This document shows positions 8,776-18,490 of a stretch of 64,000 nucleotides of DNA, piece after piece; position 1 is the first letter of the stretch, and every line of letters starts with the position of its first letter. Both the position numbers and the translations under genes were made by a program. The stretch covers positions 2,336,001 through 2,400,000 of the forward strand of contig CAXXIA010000002.1 in the NCBI GenBank assembly GCA_963666985.2, in the 5' to 3' direction. A model generated the notes under the pieces. It was not told the DNA's origin. It did no database searches and saw only the letters and a list, made by a program, of their open reading frames with translations. Origin of the DNA: Spirochaetia bacterium (GTDB taxonomy: Bacteria; Spirochaetota; Spirochaetia; DSM-2461).

Positions 8776-9672
8776 ATGAACCGAAAAACAAATCCGACAA
8801 TGAATATCGGAATGATGGAAATCGTCTTGGCGGTTTTCATTTTGAGCTTCAGCGGGCCGTTTGTTCGGTGGGCCGGATTGAACACGGGAGCCATGACGTT
8901 CCTGCGGACGGCGATTCCCAGTGTGGTTCTGGGCCTCTGGCTGCTGATTCGAGGCGGGATTTGGCAGGGAATGACCCGAAGGAAGTTCGTTTGGATGCTT
9001 ATCGCCTCCACTTTGAATGCCGTGCGCCTTTGGCTTTTTTTTGAATCCTTCCGGATAACGTCGGTGGGGAACGCCGTTATCGTTTTGTATTCCTGGCCCG
9101 TCTTTACGGCGCTGTTCGGAGCGCTGCTTCTGAAAGAGTACTTGAACGGACGTGATATGGTGTTCCTGGGCATTGCGTTTTTTGGAATGATCGTCGTGTA
9201 TTCCGGCGGCGAGTTTTCGCTCGGCGATGATGATTTTCTCGGAATGACTCTGATGCTGATTTCCGCCATTTTGTATTCCCTGATGATTGTGCTGATTCGT
9301 CGGGAGAAGATCGAGAAGCTCCAAGCGACGTTCTGGCAGAATCTTGTCGGGGCGATTGTTTACATTCCCGCGTTCCTCGGTGTTGCCGGAACAATGGCGC
9401 CTTCCTCGTGGATTTTCGCCGGTTTGAACGGTTTTCTTGTGGGTACAGTGGGTTTTGCCCTCTTTTTCTCCGCGCTGGGACGCATCCCCGCCGCCATAGT
9501 GGGGCATATTTCGTATCTTGAAGTGGTTTTTGCTCTTATCTGGAGTTGGGCCATTTTTCATGAACCCGTGGGATGGCGCCATCTTTTGGGCGGAGGACTG
9601 ATTATTCTTTCCATGGTGATTCGCGCCGAACTGACCCGGAGAAGTTCCTTATCCGGCAAGACGGCCGCCTGA
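8776..9672 (+). CDS. DMT/EamA family transporter
   Basis: About ten hydrophobic segments in two EamA-like halves (SWPVFTALFGALLLKE; SYLEVVFALIWSWAIFHE). Confidence 0.85.
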   Translation: MNRKTNPTMNIGMMEIVLAVFILSFSGPFVRWAGLNTGAMTFLRTAIPSVVLGLWLLIRGGIWQGMTRRKFVWMLIASTLNAVRLWLFFESFRITSVGNAVIVLYSWPVFTALFGALLLKEYLNGRDMVFLGIAFFGMIVVYSGGEFSLGDDDFLGMTLMLISAILYSLMIVLIRREKIEKLQATFWQNLVGAIVYIPAFLGVAGTMAPSSWIFAGLNGFLVGTVGFALFFSALGRIPAAIVGHISYLEVVFALIWSWAIFHEPVGWRHLLGGGLIILSMVIRAELTRRSSLSGKTAA

Positions 9673-9810
9673 TTATAGCAAGAGCGCCTTCCGGCGTATC
9701 GATTCCGGAGGGGCTTATCGGAAAAAAGCGCCGCCGCCGGTAACGGCGGCGGTCAATCTCGGCGAACGTTCAGGCGATTCCCGGACTCCAACTTTAAGTC
9801 CGATTAAAAA

Positions 9811-11901
9811 TCAGTCTGTTTCCGGAGGTTTGCGCCGCACCTTCAGAGCGCTTGTTTCGGTTCGTTCCCGATCCGCCGCCAATGCGGCTATCGAATTGGC
9901 GAAATATTCCTGAATACGGAACGGCTTTTCTCCTTTGGCCGGTTTCTTCATTTCCCAGGTACCGTCCGCAAGGAGTTCCCAGGCACGCGTATTGTCCCTG
10001 AAATAGGCGTCCAGCGATCGGGTGATTCTCCGTTTATGTCCGGGATCGGCAATGGGAAAGAGGAGTTCCACCCGGCGGTCGAGATTCCGGGTCATCCAAT
10101 CGGCGCTTGATAAGTACACTTCCCGGTTGCCTCCGTTGTTGTAGACGAAGGCCCGCGTATGCTCCAGGAAACCGTCGATGACGCTTATAACACGAATATT
10201 TTCACTTAAACCCTTTACCCCCGGCCTCAGGCAGCAGATGCCCCTGACATTCAGATCGATGCGGACTCCCGCGGATGAGGCTTCGTAGAGGGCGTCGATG
10301 ATTTCCGGATCCACCAGAGAATTCATCTTCGCGATAATACCGGCCTCTTCTCCGCCCCGGGCTCTTTCGGCTTCCCTGGCGATAAGGCGGAGGGTTTCCC
10401 TGCGGATTCCGAAGGGCGCCATGAACAGGGCTTTTAAATGAGGTTCGGAGGAGTAGCCGGTAACGGCGTTGAAAAAAAGCGCGACATCACGGGTGTATTT
10501 CTCTCTTGAGGTCATCAAGCCCATGTCGGTGTAGAGCTTCGCCGTGGAATCGTTGTAATTGCCCGTACCCAAATGAACATACCGGCGGATGCCTTCGTCT
10601 TCACGTCTGACGACCATGAGCGCCTTGGCGTGAACTTTCAGTATCGCAAGTCCGAAGATTACGATGGCTCCGGCCTTCTCCAGGCGTGATGCCCAGGCGA
10701 TGTTGGCGCCTTCGTCGAAACGGGCCTTCAATTCCACCAATACTGTTACCTGGATTCCCCGCTCGGCGGCTCTGATGAGCGCTTTAACGATGGGGGAATC
10801 GCCGCTGGTGCGGTAGAGGGTCATTTTGACGGCCATGACGGCCGGGTCCTCGGCGGCTTCTTCCACCATCCTGATAACCGGCGAATATGATTCGTAGGGG
10901 TGGTGAAGCAGAACGTCGCGGTCTTTGAGAGTTTCCCAGAGATCGTCCTCGTCGGTTAAATCTTCGGCGGGTTTGGGCGTCGGAACAGGAGACTTGAGTG
11001 CGTCGAATCCCGGCAGAGTCGTTAGGGCGAAGAAGGCTTTGACATCGAGGGGCCCCTCGATGCGGATGTGATTCGCCTTGGGCAGTTCCAGTGTTTCTCT
11101 GATTTTATCGGCCAGAACCGCGTCGCCTTTGGACATGATTCTGACGGGGAAACTTCGTTTTCGGCTTTCGAGAACTTCCTTCATCGCGGCAATGAAGTCT
11201 TCATCCCTCTCTTCATCGACCGTCATGTCCGCATCCCGCGTTACGCGGAACAGGCAGGACGATTCAATGGTACGGCCCGGGAAGTAGCGTTCCGCCCGGG
11301 AAAGGAGAATATCTTCGAGCAGGATGATTCCCAAGCGGCCGTCTTCCATACGGAGCTTCCGAAATCTGTTGAGTATTTTCGGTACCCGTACAATGGCCAA
11401 ATCTCCGCCGTCCAGGGAAAAAGCGGCGTAGATCCGCGTTTGGGCCACGAGTTCGTCCAAATCGCGTCCTTCGGTAAGGGCGATGGGGGTGGAGGTTGGA
11501 AAGAGTTCGTGCTCAAAAACCCGGTCGGCTTTTATGTTTTCATCACGTCCCCATTGATCCGGAGGCAAAAGAACCAGGCCCTTTTCGACGAGAGAGGGAA
11601 TGATGTCCCGGATCATTGTTCTATCAATACGCTCCGTTACACGGCGGATATCGTTCAGGAGTTCTTTCAGCACCTCGGACGGACGTTCTCCTCCGGGTGT
11701 GTATACGGCATCTCCCGCCGCCGCGTCGCGCATCAGCCTGGCCACGCGGACCATATAAAATTCGTCGTAGTTCGAGGCGGTTATGGCCAGAAATTTCAGA
11801 CGATCCAGGAGCCCCAGGTCTTCTCTGAGTCCCTCGTTCATAACACGTTCATTGAATGCGTTCCAGGAGAGTTCACGCTGGATGTATTTGCCGTCTTTCA
11901 T
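9811..11901 (-). CDS. ppk1: Polyphosphate kinase 1
   Basis: Motifs RELSWNAFNERV, DVLLHHPYESY, ELKARFDE, KVHAK, HLGTGNYN and SSADWMTRNLDRRVE. Confidence 0.97.
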   Translation of the reverse strand: MKDGKYIQRELSWNAFNERVMNEGLREDLGLLDRLKFLAITASNYDEFYMVRVARLMRDAAAGDAVYTPGGERPSEVLKELLNDIRRVTERIDRTMIRDIIPSLVEKGLVLLPPDQWGRDENIKADRVFEHELFPTSTPIALTEGRDLDELVAQTRIYAAFSLDGGDLAIVRVPKILNRFRKLRMEDGRLGIILLEDILLSRAERYFPGRTIESSCLFRVTRDADMTVDEERDEDFIAAMKEVLESRKRSFPVRIMSKGDAVLADKIRETLELPKANHIRIEGPLDVKAFFALTTLPGFDALKSPVPTPKPAEDLTDEDDLWETLKDRDVLLHHPYESYSPVIRMVEEAAEDPAVMAVKMTLYRTSGDSPIVKALIRAAERGIQVTVLVELKARFDEGANIAWASRLEKAGAIVIFGLAILKVHAKALMVVRREDEGIRRYVHLGTGNYNDSTAKLYTDMGLMTSREKYTRDVALFFNAVTGYSSEPHLKALFMAPFGIRRETLRLIAREAERARGGEEAGIIAKMNSLVDPEIIDALYEASSAGVRIDLNVRGICCLRPGVKGLSENIRVISVIDGFLEHTRAFVYNNGGNREVYLSSADWMTRNLDRRVELLFPIADPGHKRRITRSLDAYFRDNTRAWELLADGTWEMKKPAKGEKPFRIQEYFANSIAALAADRERTETSALKVRRKPPETD

Positions 11902-13478
11902 GCCTTTTTCAATCCTTGTCCCGAATCGTCGAATCTCAGGATAACTTTAAATCCGAAGACATCTTCGAACAGGTCGCTTTTTTCCGCGAGGCTCATGCTC
12001 TCCATTGATAAATCTCCGGGATAGGAGGTGTGGATAACCAGACGGTCATCTTTAACATCCAGTCCTTCGATGGGAACCTGCTGGGTATGGGAACGATCCA
12101 GCGCGTCGGCCACCCGAAGGAGGGCGGAGAGTTTCTGCACGACGATTCGATCGGTTCTGCCGAGGTTCATGTAAAGTCCGTGAGTTCTTTGAGGCTTGGC
12201 CCTTCTGTGATACCGGACGATATGAGCGACGATTTCCTTATCATGCGCGGAGAGACCGAAAATATCCGAGTTTCTGACGATATACTGGCTGTGTTTATGA
12301 TGACCGGTTCCGCTGATGAAGCTTCCCACGTCATGCAGGATGGCCGCGGTTTCCAGAAGGAGCCTGTGGTATCCCTTCAGGCCGAGCTCGGCGGTCATGG
12401 CGTTATAGAGAACAATTGCCTGGTTGCGAACGAATTCCGCGTGCTTCAAATCGGCCCGGTAATGTTTGGCCAGAACCCGGGCGCCGGCCAGAACCTGGGT
12501 GCTGAACAGCTCGTGAAGCGTATTGCGGCCGGCGGCATAATTCACCAAAAGACCTTGGCGTATGCTTGCCGAGGGAACCAGAATTTCATCGGCCCGCGTG
12601 GCCTGAACGAATGTGTCGAAAATCACCATGGCCGGGTAGAGGAGTTCCGCTTCATTCCAGGTTAAATCCAGATTGGAGACGATGTCTTCCGGATTGAGGG
12701 TTTCGATTTTCTCCATGAATTCGCGAAACGCTTGTCTGGGAATAACGGACATTTCATCGGTGAGCCGTTTGCCGAGCTTGGAAGCCACCAATCTTGCGTC
12801 GCTTCCAACCGCAACCAGTTTGGATATTTTCGAAAGTTCCATTTCATGGGAAACGGGCGTTACGTTTCTGACTGCGTAGTTGCGGAAGAACGATTGGATA
12901 TTGCTCGGCGCTCCGTATTGGCCGTTCAGTTTCTGAAGAAACCGGAGCGTTCCCAGCGGAAGAGCTTTCGTGCTGGAGATGTTCCCGTGGCGCAGAATCA
13001 TCAAGTCGGTGTTTCCGGCGCCGACTTCGATAATAAGGCAATTGTGCCGGCGGAATCCGGGCAGCGCTTCTTCCAATGGTTCGCGGACGGCAAGCCAGGT
13101 GAGCTGATTGGCCTCGACTCCGTCGATGACTCGAATCTCGATACCCGTTTGAAGCATCACGCGATCGATGAACATTTCCCGGTTATAGGATTCCCTCAGG
13201 GCGCTGGTTCCGATGGCGACGATTCGGTCCACGCTGTAGGGAACCATCAGTTCCCGGAATCCTTTCAGGATTTCCACCGCCCTGTTTATCGTTCGGCGAT
13301 CGATGCTTCCTTTTCGAAACACGTCCCGGCCGAGGGCCAGGGGCTGCTCCGCCCGTTCAAGGATTTCCCAGTCCCTCGGGCCTCCGTTTTCGTTGGCGTC
13401 AAAGGGGCTTTGAGCAATGAGAAGGCGAATTGCGCTTGAGCCGATATCGATGACGGCAATGATTTCTATTTCGCTCAT
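11898..13478 (-). CDS. ppx: Exopolyphosphatase Ppx/GppA with C-terminal HD domain
   Basis: Motifs AVIDIGSSAIRL, IGTSALRES, IEVGAGNT, AAILHDVG and HHKHSQY; 4-nt overlap with the ppk1 start; start placed at MSEIEII. Confidence 0.9.
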   Translation of the reverse strand: MSEIEIIAVIDIGSSAIRLLIAQSPFDANENGGPRDWEILERAEQPLALGRDVFRKGSIDRRTINRAVEILKGFRELMVPYSVDRIVAIGTSALRESYNREMFIDRVMLQTGIEIRVIDGVEANQLTWLAVREPLEEALPGFRRHNCLIIEVGAGNTDLMILRHGNISSTKALPLGTLRFLQKLNGQYGAPSNIQSFFRNYAVRNVTPVSHEMELSKISKLVAVGSDARLVASKLGKRLTDEMSVIPRQAFREFMEKIETLNPEDIVSNLDLTWNEAELLYPAMVIFDTFVQATRADEILVPSASIRQGLLVNYAAGRNTLHELFSTQVLAGARVLAKHYRADLKHAEFVRNQAIVLYNAMTAELGLKGYHRLLLETAAILHDVGSFISGTGHHKHSQYIVRNSDIFGLSAHDKEIVAHIVRYHRRAKPQRTHGLYMNLGRTDRIVVQKLSALLRVADALDRSHTQQVPIEGLDVKDDRLVIHTSYPGDLSMESMSLAEKSDLFEDVFGFKVILRFDDSGQGLKKA

Positions 13479-13594
13479 GAGGTTGTATTCCTGTACCATT
13501 TCCGTTCGAATTCCATTAAATATCAGTATGGGGGACGAAGTTTCTTTTGTTAAAGGGCTATTCTCCATAGATTGCTGAGGATATAGTCCGGAAT

Positions 13595-13987
13595 ATGAAA
13601 ACGGTCGTCGCGGCCTATTGCTTTCGAGGAAAAGGCGCCGAACACGAAATCCTTCTCATCACGAGTTCCACCGGCAGGTGGATTATCCCCAAAGGGAAAA
13701 CCGAGAAACGCTGGGGAAAAACGACTGTTGCCCTGATGGAAGCCTGGGAAGAAGGCGGCGTTAAGGGTCATGTTGTCGGCCGTCCCCGGACTTATGTTAT
13801 CCGGAGAGGAGCGACGAGCGAATGGAAATTCTATCCCGTGGAAATCAGTGAAATCGCCGATGATTGGCCCGAGAAAAATAAAAGGAAAAGGAAATTCGTT
13901 TCCCGCAAAAAAGCGAAAACGCTTATCGATAATCCCGATTTGGCGAATGCCGTAGCGGAACTCGCTAAAATATACCGGAAAGTGTAA
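13595..13987 (+). CDS. Nudix hydrolase, DIPP/Ap6A-hydrolase-like subgroup
   Basis: ILLITSSTGRWIIPKG...ALMEAWEEGGV Nudix box and WPEKNKRKRKF. Confidence 0.8.
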   Translation: MKTVVAAYCFRGKGAEHEILLITSSTGRWIIPKGKTEKRWGKTTVALMEAWEEGGVKGHVVGRPRTYVIRRGATSEWKFYPVEISEIADDWPEKNKRKRKFVSRKKAKTLIDNPDLANAVAELAKIYRKV

Positions 13988-13997
13988 AATACCTTCC

Positions 13998-14753
13998 ATG
14001 CCCCTGGAAACCGTTTACCGTACTACGCTGATTTTTCTGTTATCCGCCGCCGCGGTTATTTTCATCTCTTTGCTGTTCGTGAGCGCTCCTTACGGAAAAT
14101 TTTCCCGGAAAGGCTGGGGGCCGAGGATGAACTCGCTGTTCGCCTGGATGCTCATGGAGTTCCCGGCCGTATTGACCATTGCCCTTTGCGCCTGGATTTA
14201 CCGCGGAACCATCGGATGGGGGTGGGTTTATCTGGCCGTTTGGGAGTTCCATTATCTGTATCGGACTTTTATTTTTCCGATCGGGATGCACCACGGCAGA
14301 AAGACTTTCCCGGTTTCCATGGTGATTTCGGCCGTATTTTTCAACGTACTTAACGGCTTTATCAACGGATATGGACTTTTTCATCTTCATCCGACCGTCG
14401 ATGCGGCCTGGTTTTTCGATTTACGCTTCATCGCCGGATTGGCGCTGTTCTTTTTCGGCTTTGCCGTTCATTTCGATTCCGACAGGCGCATTCAGGCGCA
14501 GAAACCCGGTCCGGGGCGTTATGTCGTTCCTCAAGGGGGGCTGTTCCGGTGGATCTCCTGCCCGAATTATTTCGGGGAAATCATCCAATGGTTCGGATGG
14601 GCGCTGCTGACTTGGTCTTCGGCCGGACTGGCCTTCGCCGTTTTTACCTTCGCCAACATTTTTCCTCGGGGACTCTCCGGGCACCAATGGTACAAAGAGA
14701 CCTTTCCCGATTATCCGGATGAAAGGCGGGCCGTTATTCCCGGCCTTCTTTAA
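13998..14753 (+). CDS. Steroid 5-alpha-reductase (3-oxo-5-alpha-steroid 4-dehydrogenase) family membrane protein
   Basis: Motifs APYGK, AWMLMEFP, GGLFRWISCPNYFGEIIQWFGWA and HQWYKETFPDYP..RRAVIP. Confidence 0.85.
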   Translation: MPLETVYRTTLIFLLSAAAVIFISLLFVSAPYGKFSRKGWGPRMNSLFAWMLMEFPAVLTIALCAWIYRGTIGWGWVYLAVWEFHYLYRTFIFPIGMHHGRKTFPVSMVISAVFFNVLNGFINGYGLFHLHPTVDAAWFFDLRFIAGLALFFFGFAVHFDSDRRIQAQKPGPGRYVVPQGGLFRWISCPNYFGEIIQWFGWALLTWSSAGLAFAVFTFANIFPRGLSGHQWYKETFPDYPDERRAVIPGLL

Positions 14754-14843
14754 TCCGGGCATCCCATCGTTTGCTTTCTTTCACGCTTGTGAGGATGCCG
14801 GCGGAAGCCCGAGTTCCCTCCGGCAATTCCCGAAGCGGTTCTG

Positions 14844-16259
14844 TCAGTCGTCGATTTCCAGCTGCAGGAAGGGCTGCTCTTTATTCTTCGGTTTTGAAAG
14901 CCGTTCCGATTGAGGATTTCCCGCTTGGGCGTCTTCCACATATTCTTCGGGAAGACTTTTTGCCGTGGAGATTCCCAGTTCTTTGAGCATTTCCGCTTGG
15001 CGGATAACGTTCCCGCGGCCGCTGGAGAGTTTGGTTTTGGCGTTCTCGAAGCTGGATTGAGTCCGTTCGATGTGCCTGCCGACATCCTCGAAATCCTGTA
15101 TGAAGCCGACGATTTTCTCGTAGAGCGCCGCCCCTCTTTTGGCGATTTCCTTGGCATTGCGGCCGCGGTATTCCTGCCTCCAATGCTGCATGACAATCCA
15201 CATAACGGGCAGCAGCGTGGAGGGACAAACCAGAAGGATGTTGTTTTTCCAGGCCTCTTCCCAAAGCTTGGATTCTTCGGAAACCGCGACAACATAGGCC
15301 GGCTCGATGGGAATGAACAGGACGACGAAATCCGGCGACTTCTCGTCATGGAGTTTTTCATATTCCTTGGACGCCAAGCCCTTGATATGGGTGCGTATGG
15401 AGGCGACGTGACGCTTGAGAGCTTCGGATCGTCTTTCGGGATCTTCCAAACTCATGTATTCCTCATAGGCTTTCAGCGACACCTTGGAATCGATAACCAG
15501 ATGGCGGTCTTCCGGGAGGTGAATCACCACGTCCGGCTGCAGGCGCCCGCCGTCCAAGCTGTGGCTTTCCTGAACCGTATATTCCTCGCCCTTTCTGAGA
15601 CCGGAGACTTCCAGGATGCGTTCAAGGATCATCTCCCCCCAGTTCCCTTGAGTCTTGCTTTCCCCTTTCAGGGCGTTCGTCAGGTTCACCGCCTCTTTGG
15701 AGAGACGGTCGTTCATTTCCATGAGCTTGTGAACTTCGTTCCGGAGAGAATGACGTTCTTTACCTTCGGTTTCGTAATTTTCCTGAATTTTCTTTTGAAA
15801 TTCCCCGAGTTTTTCTTTGAGCGGATTCAGGATTTCTCCGAGCCCTGTCTTGCTGCTTTCGGCGAAACTCTTGGTTTTTTCTTCGAGGATGGAATTGGCC
15901 AGGACTTTGAAATGGTTCCCCAGTTCTTCCCGAGCTTCTTTGAGGAGCCGGAGCTTTTCCTCTCCCTGTTCGATTTCTTTTTCGAGGTCTTTCCGGGAGA
16001 GTGCCAAATCCCGTTCCAGAGAAGAGATGGTTCTCTCCCTTTCGCTTAGAGATTGATTCAGCTTTTCGATTTCGTCCTTGCGGCTTTCGGCCTCCGAGAC
16101 CAGCCGCGTCCGTTCGGTCTCATATCCGCGGATGCGCTCCTCGAGAACGGCCTGTGTTTCACCGGCCTTGCCGGCGGAATTCCGTTTTTTAAGCAGCACC
16201 GCGGCCGTTGCGGCGGCGAAAATCAAAATCGAGAGAAGAATGATGATAAGGATTTCCAT
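14844..16259 (-). CDS. rmuC: DNA recombination protein RmuC
   Basis: N-terminal TM and coiled coil; KTQGNWGEMILERILE, QPDVVIHLP, IDSKVSL and PDFVVLFIPIE. Confidence 0.93.
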   Translation of the reverse strand: MEILIIILLSILIFAAATAAVLLKKRNSAGKAGETQAVLEERIRGYETERTRLVSEAESRKDEIEKLNQSLSERERTISSLERDLALSRKDLEKEIEQGEEKLRLLKEAREELGNHFKVLANSILEEKTKSFAESSKTGLGEILNPLKEKLGEFQKKIQENYETEGKERHSLRNEVHKLMEMNDRLSKEAVNLTNALKGESKTQGNWGEMILERILEVSGLRKGEEYTVQESHSLDGGRLQPDVVIHLPEDRHLVIDSKVSLKAYEEYMSLEDPERRSEALKRHVASIRTHIKGLASKEYEKLHDEKSPDFVVLFIPIEPAYVVAVSEESKLWEEAWKNNILLVCPSTLLPVMWIVMQHWRQEYRGRNAKEIAKRGAALYEKIVGFIQDFEDVGRHIERTQSSFENAKTKLSSGRGNVIRQAEMLKELGISTAKSLPEEYVEDAQAGNPQSERLSKPKNKEQPFLQLEIDD

Positions 16260-16463
16260 ATTAAGACTTCCTTTTCTTAAGGCGGGTTCCATCCGTCAGT
16301 GTATCGGAAAGAAGCGTGCGGGGGGACCGCTTCCTGAATATCGATGAAATGACTATAATCCCTCAACCGACCGATGAACAATCTCGGCATCGAATCCCCG
16401 GCATTGATATCAGAGGCTCATGAACAGGCTTTTTAAAGCCCTCCCGGAAGGAGAACCCTTAAC

Positions 16464-18299
16464 ATGAATAATAATCTCAGGAACGAACACTTACGAAATA
16501 TCGCCATCATCGCTCATGTCGATCATGGAAAAACAACTTTGGTGGACGCCATTTTCCGGCAGGCCGGTGTGTTCCGTGACGGTCAGGAAACCAAAGAACG
16601 CCTGATGGACAGCATGGACCTGGAACGGGAGCGGGGCATCACCATCGCGGCGAAGAACTGCGCCGTTTTGTGGAAAGGGGTAAAGATTAATATCCTCGAT
16701 ACTCCGGGGCATGCCGATTTCGGCGGTGAAGTGGAACGGGCCTTGTCCATGGTGGACGGGGTGGTTCTTCTGGTGGACGCCTCCGAGGGACCGCTGCCGC
16801 AGACACGGTTCGTTCTTGAAAAGGCCCTGAAAGCCGGGCTCAACGTTATCGGCGTTATTAATAAAATCGACCGATCCGACGCCAGACCGCTGGCCGTTCT
16901 GAACGACATTCACGATTTGTTGATTGATCTGGATGCCCGCGAGGACCAGCTGGATTGTCCGATTTTGTTCGCCGACGGCCGTTCGGGAATTGTTAAAAAG
17001 AATCTTGAGGACGAAGTCGATAATCTTCACATCCTTCTTGATACCATCATCGAATCCGTTCCTTCTCCGTCCTACAGCTCGGACGAGCCTTTTCAGATGC
17101 TGGTATCCGATCTTTCCTATTCGGATTTCCTCGGCCGTCTGGCGGTGGGAAAGGTTATTCACGGCACGGCGAAGAACCGGGAAGCCCTGGTTTGCCTCGG
17201 AGCGGGCGGCCGCAAGATTCCGCTGAACGTTACACGCCTTCAGGTTTATAACGGACCGGCTCTGGAAGAGACCGACAAAGCCGAACCGGGGGATATCATT
17301 GTTCTTTCGGGCGTGGAAGATGTGCATATCGGCGACACCATCTGTTCCAAGGATGAACCGAAGGCCCTGCCGCGTATTTCCGTCGACGAACCGACGGTTT
17401 CCATGGTTTTTGCCCCGAATACCTCTCCTCTGCTCGGCAAGGAGGGAAAGTTCGTACAGTCGGGCAAAATTCGGGAACGACTGCATAAAGAAACCATGCT
17501 GAATGTTTCCATGCAGGTGGAGGATTTGCCCGGCAAAGAAGGATTCCTTGTGAAAGGCCGGGGGGAGTTTCAGATGGTTATTCTTCTGGAAACCATGCGC
17601 CGGGAGGGTTTTGAGCTGAACGTCGGACGGCCCAGGGTTATCTGTAAGAAAGAAGACGGAAAACTTTTGGAACCCATCGAGCATCTTTATGTCGAATGCG
17701 ATGATTCTTTTACCGGAATCGTAACCGAGAAGCTCTCGAAACGGAAAGGGCGGATGATCAACTACGAATGTCATGAAGGTCATCGGGCCCGGCTGGAATT
17801 CAGCATTCCCTCCCGGGGACTCATCGGATACCGCGACGAGTTTCTTACCGACACGCGCGGAACGGGAATCCTCAACTCCGCCCTGGACGGCTATGAGGAG
17901 CACCGCGGAGATTTCCCGTCACGCTTTACAGGATCGCTTGTGGCGGACCGGCTCGGCGAATGCGTCCCCTACGCCCTGTTTAATCTGGAACCGCGCGGAA
18001 CGCTGTTCGTCGTTCCGGGCAACCCGGTGTATGAAGGAATGATTGTGGGCGAGCACAACCGGGACAACGATTTGAACGTGAATCCCTGCAAGACGAAGAA
18101 GCTCACGAACATGCGGGCCTCCGGGAAGGACGACGCGGTGATTTTAACTCCGGTTATGCCGATGACTCTCGAACGGGCCATCCAATTCATTCGGGACGAC
18201 GAGATGGTGGAGATTACGCCGAAATCCATTCGATTGAGAAAAGCCTCTTTGGCGGCCCAGGACCGCAAATCCGATCTTCGGAGGATGAACATCTCCTGA
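16464..18299 (+). CDS. typA: Translational GTPase TypA/BipA
   Basis: Motifs NIAIIAHVDHGKTTLVD, ERERGITIAAKN, DTPGHADFGGEVER and KKLTNMRASGKD. Confidence 0.97.
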   Translation: MNNNLRNEHLRNIAIIAHVDHGKTTLVDAIFRQAGVFRDGQETKERLMDSMDLERERGITIAAKNCAVLWKGVKINILDTPGHADFGGEVERALSMVDGVVLLVDASEGPLPQTRFVLEKALKAGLNVIGVINKIDRSDARPLAVLNDIHDLLIDLDAREDQLDCPILFADGRSGIVKKNLEDEVDNLHILLDTIIESVPSPSYSSDEPFQMLVSDLSYSDFLGRLAVGKVIHGTAKNREALVCLGAGGRKIPLNVTRLQVYNGPALEETDKAEPGDIIVLSGVEDVHIGDTICSKDEPKALPRISVDEPTVSMVFAPNTSPLLGKEGKFVQSGKIRERLHKETMLNVSMQVEDLPGKEGFLVKGRGEFQMVILLETMRREGFELNVGRPRVICKKEDGKLLEPIEHLYVECDDSFTGIVTEKLSKRKGRMINYECHEGHRARLEFSIPSRGLIGYRDEFLTDTRGTGILNSALDGYEEHRGDFPSRFTGSLVADRLGECVPYALFNLEPRGTLFVVPGNPVYEGMIVGEHNRDNDLNVNPCKTKKLTNMRASGKDDAVILTPVMPMTLERAIQFIRDDEMVEITPKSIRLRKASLAAQDRKSDLRRMNIS

Positions 18300-18490
18300 C
18301 AATCCGTTTCTTGAAGGATGGCCGTGCAGGGAGATTCCTTTAGGCCCGGTTTGCTGTAATTGACGTTTCAGGCCCGCCCAACCCTTGTCTGGGGGCCGGG
18401 CCGAAATCGTTGAACCGCTTTACACAACACGAACGTCTTCGCTAATCTTTTTTATGCTTATTCTTATTTTGAGAGAAGAGGTTGCACCGT

